Shown here: positions 1 through 10,569 of the stretch, one piece after another
Position numbering within the stretch: position 1 is the first letter of the stretch
Layout of the letters: each line of letters begins with the position of its first letter
Assembly (NCBI RefSeq): GCF_004010195.1
Contig: NC_057711.1
Coordinates: 75,089,366 to 75,121,451 of the forward strand
Direction of reading: 5' to 3'
DNA from: Chiloscyllium plagiosum
Taxonomy: Eukaryota
Length of the DNA: 32,086 nucleotides
Position numbers and translations under genes: made by a program
The notes under the pieces: model-generated
Told to the model about the DNA's origin: nothing
The model's input: only the letters and a program-made list of their open reading frames with translations
Database searches by the model: none

Positions 1-1515
1 CATAAAGATCAAGGCCAATGGCTCTGCAATCTCCTCCCTTGCTTCCCAGAGAATCCTAGGATAAATGCCATCAGGCCCAGGGGACTTATCTATTTTCACC
101 TTTTCCAGGATTTCCAACACCTCTTCTCTACATACCTCAAAGCCATCCATTCTACTTATTTGTGCCTCAGTATTCTCATCGACAACAATGCCCTGTTCCT
201 GAGTGAATACTGAAGAAAAGTATTCATTCAGTGTCTCCCCAATCTCTTCCGCCTCCACACGCAACTTCCCCCTACTATCCTTGACTGGACCTATTCCTAC
301 CCTCATTGTTTTATTCCTGACATACCTATAGAAAGCCTTAGGGTTTTCCCTAATCCTACCGGCTAGGGACCTTTCATGTCCCCTCCTTGCTGCTTTTAGC
401 TCTCTCTTCAGGTCCTTCCTGGCTACCCTATAACTTTCAATCGCCCCAATTGAACCTTCACGTCTCATCTTGAGATAGGCCGCCCTCTTCCATTTAACAA
501 GGGATTCCAATTCCTTATTAAACCACGGCTCCCTCGCATGACCCTTTCCTCCCTGCCTGACAGGTACATAATTATCAAGGACACTCAATAGTTGCCCCTT
601 GAACAAGTTCCACATATCATTTACACTCTTGCCTTGGAGTGTAATTTTTCAAGCCACACATCCTAAGTCATGCCTCACCGCATCATAATTTCCCTTACCC
701 CAGCTATAATTCTTGCCCTGTAGTACACACTTATCCCTCTCCATCACGAGAGTAAAAATCACCGAATTATGGTCACTATCCCCAAAGTGCTCACCTACCT
801 TTAATTCTAACACCTGGCCTGGTTCGTTACCCAGAACCAAATCCAGTATGGCCTCACCTCTTGTTGGCCTGTCTACATATTGTGTCAGGAAACTCTCCTG
901 CACACATTGAACAAACACTGTCCCATCTAACGAACTTGAGCTATAGCTTTCCCAATCAATATCAGGAAGGTTAAAGTCCCCCATAACAACCACCCTATTA
1001 CTGTCACTCATCTCCTGAATCACCTTCCCTATCCTTTCTTCAATGATTCTAGGACTATTAGGAGGCGTGTAAAAGACTCCTAACAGGGTGACCTCACCTT
1101 TCCTATTCCTAACCTCAGCCCAAACTACCTCAGATGGCAAGTCCTCATCCATCGTCCTTTCCACCGCTGTAATACTATCTTTGACAAGCAATGCCACACC
1201 TCCCCCTCTTTTACCCCCACCTCTGACCCTACTAAAACATTTAAATCCTGGAACCTGCAACAGCCAATCCTGTCCCTGTTCTAGCCATGTCTCCGTAATA
1301 GCCACAACATCGAAGTCCCAGGTACCAACCCACGCTGCAAGTTCACCTACCTTATTTCGTATACTTGTTGCATTGAAGTATACACACTTCAAGCCACTTT
1401 CCTGTTTACAGACACCCTCCTTGGAAATTGATGCCATGTTCCTAACCTCCCTACACTCCAGGCCCTGCACCCTGAAGCTACAATCTGGGTTCCCATGCCC
1501 CTGCAGAGTTAGTTT
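1..1515 (-). mobile_element. CR1/HER1-type LINE, relatively young copy: ORF2 APE endonuclease plus linker towards RT; 5'-truncated at the ORF1/ORF2 boundary; runs off the window
   Basis: ORF 649..1470 has APE motifs (CVYFNA..IRNK, VAITETWL, GGGVAL, MGDFN, LDLV, SDHN). The same frame continues past the TGA at 649-651 (probably TGG>TGA) as ..MWNLFK..EPWF... Near 1-80 it reads SPGPDGIYPRIL. Confidence 0.95.
649..1470 (-). pseudogene. CR1 ORF2 N-terminal APE endonuclease domain, ended by a premature stop
   Basis: 273-aa ORF with a full set of APE motifs. The stop is premature because LINE ORF2 similarity continues in frame downstream. Confidence 0.9.
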
Positions 1516-1662
1516 CTGTCTTCCCTCTGAAGTCTTTCAGTATCCTTGAATGCATCTGATCTGAAGCTGATAACGTGTTTGTTATGAATTGTTTCACATC
1601 CACTTATGGCATACTATAATTGCAATTTCCACCATTATAGGTACACAAAACAATATGGAGGT

Positions 1663-1746
1663 AATATAAGATTTATGAATTAGGAGCAAAGATCAATCAC
1701 TCAGCTGGTCAATCCTGCTCTGTCATTTAATAAGATCATGGCTGAC
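1663..1746 (-). mobile_element. CR1 3' UTR tip (old)
   Basis: ataag..taggagca..cctgctctgtcatttaataagatcatggctga matches the antisense CR1 3' end, also seen at 11820 and 21712. Confidence 0.7.
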
Positions 1747-1748
1747 AT

Positions 1749-2218
1749 TTGTTTTAATTCAAGCATGGGATGTTGGAGCCATTGGTTATGCCAGCAATTA
1801 TTGATTTATTGCCTATCTGTAATTGACCTTGAGAAGGTGGTGGTGAGCTACCATCTTGCCTGCTGCAGCTCAAGCTGTGTAGGAAGACCGACAGTGTTGT
1901 TAGGAAGACAAAGAATTTTGACAGTGACCATGATGACAGAATGGTGTGTAGCTTGGAGGGTAACTTGCTGGTGGTGATGTTCCCATACTCCTGTTGTCTT
2001 CTAGGTAGTAGTGGTCACGGATTTGTGTAGTGCTGTCAGAGGAGCCTTGGTGAGGTACTCCAATGCATCTTGTAGATGGTGTACACTGCTGCCACTGTGT
2101 ATCAATTTGAATGGACTGCAATCTGAAGCTGGTGGATGGAGTGCCAACCAAGCAGATTGTTTGATCCAGGTGATGTCAAGTTTCTTGAGTGTTGTTGGAG
2201 CTGCACCTGCGCAGGCAG
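1749..2218 (-). mobile_element. L2/Daphne/Crack-like LINE 3' end (CR1 superfamily; exact clade uncertain)
   Basis: Minus-strand peptide AAPTTLKKLD. Homologous to 3140-3555, 6225-6385, 23283-23584 and 25010-25177. Confidence 0.8.
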
Positions 2219-2221
2219 TTG

Positions 2222-2330
2222 ACCTGAACTGGCCTACATGTGACTCCAGACCAAAGCAATGTGGTTGACTCTTAATAGCCCTCTGGGCATTCCAGGATGG
2301 GCAATACAGGGACAACATGATGGCCACAAA
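2222..2330 (+). mobile_element. 3' half of a tRNA-derived SINE (same family as 10975-11307)
   Basis: ctggcctacatgtgactccagaccaaagcaatgtggttgactcttaa..ggatgggcaata. Its reverse-complement homologue lies at about 11020-11100. Confidence 0.75.
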
Positions 2331-3139
2331 TTTAATAAGATTAAATAAGTCAAAATCTGCTTTTATTAAATGGTACTTTGAGACTATTAATTTATTGATT
2401 TAGAAATGAAATTCCATTATGTTTATTATTCTTTGAAATCCTTAAATGTCTTTAATTCCATATTAATTCAAGGATAGCAATATACTATAAAATGGTGCAT
2501 GTGAGTTGCAGCTGGGAATCTAATATTAAGTAATACTACATAGAGACTAGAGTTAAACTGTCTGGAGGTGAACATGGGCTGTGATGTCACTGGAGGATAG
2601 TCCTAAGCTTCAACAAATCAAGGGAAACTTGACAGCCCTGTTCTGGTATTATTAATATTGGGGAGGGGAGAAGGCAATTTCAGTTTAAACAAATTAAATT
2701 TGCAGAACTGAAGATGGAAGATGGTGCTTTGCTCACTGATAAATAGTTCAGGGACAGTTTTCATTGGCAATATGGGTGTTTGAGGTTTAGGTGGATGATT
2801 CAATTTGGCTCCAATGCCAACGACTCTGGGTTTTGCTGAGACATTTTTGGTTATGTTCAACAAACATGCTCTGCAATCATCAGCAAAAGCTAATGGCTGC
2901 TGCACACAGGTACTGACTAGAAGCAAAGAGCATTTTCCGAAGAATTTAATTTTCCATTAGATTTACCAAGTATAAGGATTCCTGGTACTTGGGAAATCAA
3001 TCGTACAAAGCAGACAAGTTTCAAGGCCCCTTTGTGGCTGCTGCCTAGAGCTTCATCACCATTGAGAACATGCAAGTCAGTAGTGTATTAGAACATTCTT
3101 ACCTGAATGAATGCAACACCATGAACACTTAAGAATCAT

Positions 3140-3555
3140 GAAACTACTCAAGGCAAAACACCATAATTGATTGGTATCACAACGCCCCACTGAAGCATTC
3201 GCTCCCTCAGGCATTGTGTGTACCATCTCAATATGCGCTGCAGCAACTCATTAAAGCCTTTTTGATACCATCTTCCAAACCACATAATCTTAAATGCTTA
3301 GAAGGACAGAGACATAAGGTGCATAGACTCACCACCAACTGCAAGTTCCCCATCAACCTCATCCCAAATGGAAAATATATTGTTGCTCCTTCGCTTTCAT
3401 TGAGTTGAAATCCTGGAACATTTTACCTTATAATACTGTTTGTGTAATTATATTATTCAGATGGCAGCCATTCAAGAAGATGGATCAGCACCACCTTCTT
3501 GAGAACAATCATAGATGGGCAGTAAGCCTTGTCAGCAAGGATCACATCACAAAAC
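3140..3555 (+). mobile_element. L2/Daphne-like LINE 3' end (old)
   Basis: Inverted homologue of 1749-2218 (gtgtgtaccatct, ctgcaagttcccc, caccaccttcttgag, gatgggcagtaa). Confidence 0.75.
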
Positions 3556-3675
3556 AAATACTTTTCTTTAAAACAGTAGTGTACATATGCAGTCCTTTTA
3601 ATTAGTGAAAATATACTGATAGAAAATAAGCATATTTAAATTTAAATCAAATGAATGCTGTAATGTAATAATATA

Positions 3676-3955
3676 GCAAAAGTGAGAATTGCAGATGCTG
3701 GAGATTAGAGTTGAGAGTGTAGTGCTGGAAAAGCACAGCAGGTCAGACAGCATTAAAGGAGCAGGAAAATCGACGTTTCATGCAAAAACCCTTCATCAGG
3801 AATGAGGCTGAGAGCCTCGGGGGTGGAGGGATAAATGGGAGGGGTTGTGGGATTGTAGGAAAGGTTGCTGAGAGTGCAATAGGTGGATAGAGGCTTGGGG
3901 TAAAGGTGATAGGTCAGAAGGAAAGGTGGAGTGGATAGGTGGGGAGGAAGATGGA
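3676..3955 (-). mobile_element. Penelope-like element 3' end / pLTR
   Basis: Homologous to 8945-9300, which is attached to GIY-YIG coding sequence. Contains a hammerhead-like CTGATGA..GAAA motif at 3772-3799. Confidence 0.8.
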
Positions 3956-4099
3956 CTTTGTACCTTTGATCTTGTAGTTGCAGCTACACAGATATTCACT
4001 CATATGCTGATCATGAAAAGTGAAGTTATATTTACAGACATAAGAATGTATTTATAGTGAAGTGTCATCCATGTCAAACATATGCCCTTTATCTCCCAC

Positions 4100-5435
4100 T
4101 ATGTTTTGATGCAGTACTGGGGTCTGCAGCTGGAGTTGGGAGAGCCTGCACTACAGCCCAGTGGCCTCGCAGATTCGGTCAGGCAAATTGCAGGATGGTT
4201 TGTGTTGCCAGGAGATAGGTGTATTATTCGTGACTTGAACCTGACCAGTTACAAAGACGTGGCAGTGATGTGTCTACCATGCGGTGGTCCTAACCTCAAT
4301 CTAATAAAAAATGCCCACCGAGGTGTGAGATCCGATCTAGTGGCAATGGATCTGTGACTTCTTCCTCAAAGGTAGAGGAGGAGTAATACCGTGAGACTGC
4401 TTCAATGCTGATACTGTGCTGATGCCACTAGGATGCAGGAAACAAAAGACAGAATGTACTGCAATCAAGTGATCAAAGTTCAGGTACACGAACAGTACAT
4501 TCACAGTGTTAGCAATGGGAGAGTAGCACAACAGTAGACAATGATTTTCACTTGGGGCTTGCTGGGATATGGATATCTTAGCATCATCATTGTCCTCAAT
4601 GGCCAAGGTAAGGATTGTCCCCTCATTGTGGGGGAGGAGCCAATTATCAGACAGCCCCACCAATTATCTTTGCTGTCTCCACCCTATTATGAGTTGGTTT
4701 CACCTAGAATGATACAAAGGAAAGGATTTATCAAGATGTGAACATTTGGCTCAGCTATTAACACCAGTACAGCTGGAGGAAAGGTGTCCCAAGTGTGAGA
4801 GTAGGCAGCATGGATACTGTGGAGGCTAAGTAGTGTGGAGGAATTCAGTGGGTGAGAGTAACTGAGGGAAGATGCAACATGCAATAGTGAAAGCAGTCAT
4901 GAAAGCAGTAGAACATGAGCCTTGGTGCGAGGTGAGTATTGTCGCAGAGATAGAGTGGGTGTGAGGTATCAGAGAGAGAAGATGGTGGCACTTACCCTGG
5001 TGGACTGGAGAAGGTAAATTGATTTTCTTGTGGCAATACTGGATACTTTGCCCAACTATGTACACCACACTCGCCGGGGAGGCACCCCTCCAAGTCTCTG
5101 CCTGCAAAACAGGACACCAACTTTCCTTAGATTAACACATCTAGGGCAAATGATATGAGTCATGCAGGGCAGAACCTGACCTGATCTGGTGTACAATTGC
5201 CTTTTAAGCATGACAGCAGTGCCAGGAATCCCAGGATGTCCCAGCAGTAGTGAATGTCCACCAACAGAGAGCGTGAAAATTTCAAGGAAGGGGTCCATAA
5301 GGGCCATAGGGCCATGGTGTTTAGGTAATGAAGTGAGTTTGGGAAGACAGTGTGAGAAAACTCTTCAGCAGAGAAAAACCCTCTATGAAACTCACCAGAA
5401 TTGACACTTTGCTAATTTCTGGTAAACTTCATCCC
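4100..5435 (-). mobile_element. PIF/Harbinger DNA-transposon relic with a degenerate three-exon Myb/SANT gene; left boundary uncertain
   Basis: Exon 1 at 5163-4996 (..IQYCHKKIN.., donor gtaagt). Exon 2 at 4703-4552 (VKPTHNRVETAK..GLSD..SQQAP). Exon 3 from about 4428 (..HTSVG). The right end 5375-5435 is homologous to 31535-31591. Confidence 0.7.
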
Positions 5436-5437
5436 TC

Positions 5438-6645
5438 TGAGTTTCAATGAGATCACCATTCATTCTTCTAAATTTTCAATAACTGAACATACAATCTGTT
5501 CAACCATTCCTTCATAAAATAACACCTTCATTCCAGCAATCAACCTAATGAACCTGCTTTGAATTGCTCCCAATACAATATATTCCCCCTCATATAAGAA
5601 GTTCAAAATTATAGAGTACCTCAGCAACAGTTTCACTATTGCCCCTATAGCTGTCGCAAAACTTCCTTTCTTTTAAACTCTACTCATCTTGTAAGAAAGC
5701 CAACATCCCACTTGTCTTCTTCATTATGGGCTAGACCCAGATGTTTTAAAGAGTGATTCATGTAGAAAGCCAGATGGATCATCTGTATTGCAGTATTCTA
5801 TTTTTAAAAAAAGATTCTGTTATTCTATTCTTTCAAACTGGAGACCTTCACATTTCCTCACATTATAGCCACTTACTCACTCAATGAATCTATATCTCTT
5901 CACAGACTCTTTGCAGCCTCCTCATAATTAGCTTTCCTATCTAACTGTATCATCTGAAAATTTGGCTTAATATAGCCTATCTCTTCAGCCAAGTATATCC
6001 TGAATAATTGAGGCTGCAGCAAAGACCCATCTATCCTGATTTTATTCCTATTGTTTAGCCAATACTGTCTATGATAATATGTCATCCTAACCCCATGAGC
6101 CCTTATTTCACACAATAAACTGTCATGTGACAATTTATTGACTGTCTTTGGAAATTCAAGTATATCATATTTGCTAGTTCTCCCTCATCTACTCCACTTG
6201 TTACATTCTTAAAAGAAACACTTTCATTTCATTATTCATTCATGGAAAGTGGGTGGGACAGTGTTTATTGGCTGTCCATAACCATGCCTGAGAGGTCATA
6301 GTCCTAACTATGCCTGAGAGGGGAGTTGTCAGTTTCCTTGTTGAATCGCAGAAGTCCACTGTGGCAGGTACACACGCAGTTCCTAAGATATATTTCTCGA
6401 ACATGATTTCCTTTAAAAAAAATGTTAAATCTGCCTGATTATATTAAGATTTTCTAAATAACCCTACTACAACTACTTCCTTAGTAACAAATTCTAGTAT
6501 TCCCTCAAAAACAAATATTAGGCTAGTTGGTCTAGAGTTTCCTGATTTCTATCTCCCTCATTACATGAATAGTGATGTTACTTTTGCGATGTTCCTATCT
6601 ACTGGGACATTTCAAGAATCTAAGAAATTTTGGAGCATAACTAAG
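5438..6645 (-). mobile_element. Old CR1 LINE, RT region, interrupted at 6225-6385
   Basis: Decayed RT peptides (SHDSLLCEIRAHG, similar to KVPH.RLL.KI.AHG). Remnants of the N.RP.SL motif lie near 6520-6545. Confidence 0.8.
6225..6385 (-). mobile_element. L2/Daphne-like LINE 3' tip inserted in CR1
   Basis: Aligns by eye to 1749-1900, and CR1 RT sequence resumes on both sides. Confidence 0.6.
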
Positions 6646-7421
6646 CTAGATTTTCTCCAAAGTCTGCCAAACAAAAATGGAATATTCCATTATGAGGTGA
6701 ATAAAGTTTCCCATTTAATTGAATATACAGTCAATAAAAAGTGGAGTTCTACACAAATGATGATTTCAATATATTTTCCAGCTTTTCCAACAATTTCACT
6801 CGTTTGATTTCCCCTTGTTCTCAGCGCTAACTCTCTCTTGGAATTTCTGTGAGGCACTTAACAGAGACAGGATACCAAAGGTGTACTATTTCTGTCATGA
6901 AAAGACCCTCCTGAATTTGCTACCATGGGCTGTACATATGGTCCAGGCAACAGTCCTCTGTAGGTTCAGCACTTGTTAGGTTTTTGCATTGGACTCAGTT
7001 CAAAACGGGAGCATGGCTATAGCCTCCAGACTACTCCTCTCCAAAGTCCTTTGTGAACAAACCTAAAAAAGGCAGTTCCATGATGCTAAGTTCTTCGTCA
7101 GGAGTTATAACTCATAGAACACACAGATCAAATAAGTAAGTCCCTGATTTTGAAGCCCTATTTTGATATAAATTCTCGATAATCATGGCTTCTTAACTGG
7201 TAACGTGGAAGTGTGAAAACACAAAGATACATCAATGTCCTGAAATTAAACCTTTGAAAAAATATTCACTAGTCTCCACAACAATGATATTGAGATATTG
7301 GTGGGAATGCAGAACAGGATTGACAAGGAGATGCACATGTTGGAGGAGAGATAAGGAGATACAAGGCAGCGTCGAAACAAATCGTTAAAGTCAGAAGAGA
7401 TTCATGTGCAGTTTCAACATT

Positions 7422-8084
7422 GGTAGAGACATATAGACAGAATGGTTAAAAAGGTACCTGGCACGCTTGCCTTCATTGCTCAGTCCTTTGAATATAGGAG
7501 TTGGGACGACATGTTGCGGTTGTACAGGACATTGGTGAGGCCTCTTCCAGAATACTGTGTCCAGTTCTGGTCAACTAGTTAAAGGAAGGATATTATTAAC
7601 CTGGAGAGGGTTCAGAAGAGACTTACGAGGAGGGTGTTGAGTATGAAAGGTTTCAGTTATAAACAAAGGCTGGATAGGCTGGGAGTTTTTTCACTGAAGT
7701 GTAGGAGGTTGAGAGGCAACCTTATAGAAGTTTGTAAAAAATGAGGGGTAAATACAGAGTTAATGGTAGCTATCTTTTCCCTAGGATGAGTGATTTCAAG
7801 ACTAGGGGGCACATTTTTAAGGTGAGAGGAGAGAGATTTAAAAAAGACATGGAGGAAAATCTTTTACACAGATGGTGGTTCGCGTTTGTAATGATCTTCC
7901 TGAGGAAGTGGTAGATGCTGGTACAATTGCAATGTTTAAAAGACATTTGGATAAGTACATGAATAGGAAAGGTTTGGAGGGATATGAGTCAGGAGCTGGC
8001 AGTTTGGGATTTTGTTTGGCATGGACTGGTTGGACCGCAGGGTTTGTTTCCGAGCTCTATGGCTCTATGACTATGACTCTATGA
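7422..8084 (+). mobile_element. CR1/HER1 LINE 3' end with (ACTCTATG)n tail, nested in the 3' UTR of an older CR1 (about 7280-7421 and 8085-8130)
   Basis: RT C-terminal peptides (LYRTLVRP..EYCVQFWS, LERVQKR, FKRHLDKYMNRKGLEGY). Tail ctctatggctctatgactatgactctatga. Confidence 0.92.
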
Positions 8085-8199
8085 CCAGAAGGACTAATTA
8101 GCCTTTTCTGAGCTGTAGATTATTTGTAGTATTAGTTTTGATAATGGTGAGAATGCATAACTTATATAAAGCATTCCAGGATAAGACTATATGCATATA

Positions 8200-8668
8200 A
8201 TAGTACTATAGCCTATCATTCAGTAATTGTGGAACATAAAACAAGTAACAGATGATAAAAGTTGGATGATTTTATTTTGTTCGCAAGGGTGCCACAAAGT
8301 CACTACAAAGACAGGAGTCATGTGATCAGATCAGTCTTCAAGATATTAATAGGAAAAGGCAAGGTGGATAAAAATAAACTATTTCCACTGGTTGGAGATT
8401 CCAGAATAAGCGGGCACAATCTGAGAATTGTAACTAGACTTTTCAGGAGCCTGGTTAGGAAGCAGTTGTACACACAAAGGCAAGTGAAACTTTTCTTCCA
8501 TAAATGGCAGTTGATGCTCGATCGGTTGTTAGTCTGAGACAGATCATTTTTATTAAGGAATATGGGCCAAAGGCAGCTATATGGAGTTAGGCCACAGATC
8601 AACCATGATCTCATTGAATGGCAGAACAGGGTCAAGGGCTGAATGGCCTACTTCTGTTTCTATGTTCA
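8200..8668 (+). mobile_element. CR1 LINE 3' end (older)
   Basis: Peptide VFKIL.G..KVDKNKLFPLVGDSR..GHNLRI. 3' UTR ends gggctgaatggcctacttctgtttctatgttc. Confidence 0.85.
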
Positions 8669-8727
8669 GATTATTGCCACATCAAGTACATCTAATAAAT
8701 CCTTAACTGCAGTGCTGGCAATATAAT

Positions 8728-8895
8728 GTGGATTCTGGAAATCTGAATCAAGGGCAGAGAAACTCAGTGAATCTGGCAGCACCTGGAGTGAGAAACAAAG
8801 TTAAAGTTTTGAGTCCAATATTACTCTTTTTCAGAGCTTCTGTACTTCTCACTCCATAGATGTTGCCATACTGTTGAGTTTTTCCAGTATTTTCT
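8728..8895. repeat. Old Penelope-pLTR-derived inverted repeat
   Basis: Arms gaaactcagtgaatctggcagcacctggagtgagaa and ttctcactccatagatgttgccatactgttgagtttttc. Same architecture as 14429-14591. Confidence 0.65.
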
Positions 8896-8944
8896 AAGCT
8901 TGAAGCATTGGTTGAGGATTGGTTTCAGTCAGTTGCGTGGAAAT

Positions 8945-9520
8945 ACTGTCGATTGTGTGGTGCTGGAAAAGCACAGCAGTCAGCAGCATCCGACAAACAG
9001 GAGTCAACGTTTTGAGCATAACCTCTTCATCACAAATGAAGCTTGTGGGCCAAGAGGCTGAGGGATAAATGAGAGGGGGATGGGGCTGGGGCAAAGGTAA
9101 CTGAGAATGTGATAGATAGATGGAGGTGGGGGTGAAGGTGACAGGTTGGAGAGCAGAGTGGAGCGGATCGGTGGGAAGGAAGATGTACAGGTAGGACAGG
9201 TCAAGAGGGTGGTGCTGAGTTGGAACTGGGGTAAGGTGGGGGGAGGGAAATGAGGGAACTGGTGAAATTCTCATTGATCCTGTGTAGTTGGAGGGTCACT
9301 TGGCAGAAAATGAGGGAAAGTGGCCTCGGGGCGGTGGGGTTGCTGGCGTGTGCTGGAGATGTTCTCTGAAGCATTCTACAAGTAGATGTCCTGTCTCCCC
9401 AGTGCAGAGGAGACCACATTGGGAGCAACAGATACAATAAATGATGTGTGGAAGTACAGGTGAACCTCTGATGGATGTGGAAACTCCTTTGGGGCCTTAG
9501 ACACAGAGATAAGGGGGAGC
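8945..9520 (-). mobile_element. Penelope-like retroelement: degenerate GIY-YIG endonuclease plus pLTR
   Basis: The minus strand reads (frameshifted) SFHIHQRFTCTST..IYCICCSQCGLLCTGETGHLLVECFREHL. This is the Penelope GIY-YIG signature (IYC..C..C...Y.GET...L..RF.EH). Confidence 0.9.
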
Positions 9521-10335
9521 TGTGGGAAATACTGCTATATAATTGGACCCAGTATGTGAATTTATAATGCATATTCGGGTTACCAGATTGACTCTCTTGT
9601 CAATTTGCTGACTATCATAATTTGCTGCATCAGTCTTATATGTGACAGTCTTCTGTCAAATCAACATCTTTTGAATCATCTAAAAGTTAAAGCGGCGAAG
9701 TTCTAAAGTTATAGACACGGGACTGCTGAAGGAAAACAACAGAACTGAAAGTGTTTACATATGTCAGAGCACTTCCAAACCAGGAGCTGCTCGGTTCCAA
9801 TGGCTAGGTGCCTGACCTCTTCACTTACATACATCATGCCAGCTCCACAAAGTATGACCATCCCCAGAACTTCACCTGTAAAGATTCTGTCAATCTTATA
9901 CAAGGTATGTTCAACAAGAGAAAGTTTTTTCTTTGTTTTTGCAGTAATGGTTACCTGCAAGAATCCTCCAGTATTCTTGCAGATAACTCACTTCTGTTCA
10001 TGGATTTTAAATTTATGAGGATAAAAATTAACCTTGGGCAGTGATATAAAGTAGGCAGTATTGGATGGTTTGCCAGTTTACATGTAATTCCTGATATTCA
10101 ATTCCATTGATTGAAGCCAATCAATACTATCCATTTTTCACTCCTACCAAAGATTAATTACTACCCAATTAAATTTCACTGAGGGCTAATGGACATGGAA
10201 GCAGAGTACAGATCCTGTTCCTATATAAACTGCCTTTTTACATAGAGGTAATGTAATAGTCCAAAATAACATGAGTTCAACAATTGACTTCGGTAGAATG
10301 TTTGAGTTAAAGTTATGCACAAGTTATGACTATAG

Positions 10336-10353
10336 ATATATATATATATATAT
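10336..10353. repeat. (AT)9 microsatellite
   Basis: Directly visible. Confidence 0.9.
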
Positions 10354-10569
10354 TTAGCCTCGGAAGCAGATGAATTTTTTTCCTCTATTTTAAACGTTTA
10401 AATATTGTCATGATCATAATGACCATAAAGTATCAATATTCAACTTGAATCATTTCATTTTATTTGGCTTTATCATTACCATGAACCAACCCCTGGATTA
10501 GCTCTGGATATTTTAAATATGTGTTTTACAAAAAGAGAAAATACAGCCAAAAGATTAATGTAGGTGTGA

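Noticed and set aside
649..1470. Longest ORF as a host endonuclease/phosphatase gene
   Set aside because: It is the APE domain of a CR1 ORF2 with a premature stop. LINE sequence continues in frame, and a sister copy lies at 31750.
713..1549. Plus-strand ORFs 713..910 and 1088..1549 (and minus-strand 31794..32018)
   Set aside because: These are antisense shadows of CR1 ORF2.
2618..2926. 102-aa ORF containing FADD, as a possible RT or exon
   Set aside because: It has no other RT motifs around FADD, no recognisable homology and no convincing splice-site pair.
7100..7141. Possible 34-nt exon (ttcttcgtcag..AATAA|gtaagt) and a minus-strand acceptor near 7062
   Set aside because: The polypyrimidine tract is short, the peptide is unrecognisable, and all minus frames close quickly. 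This is compatible with chance.
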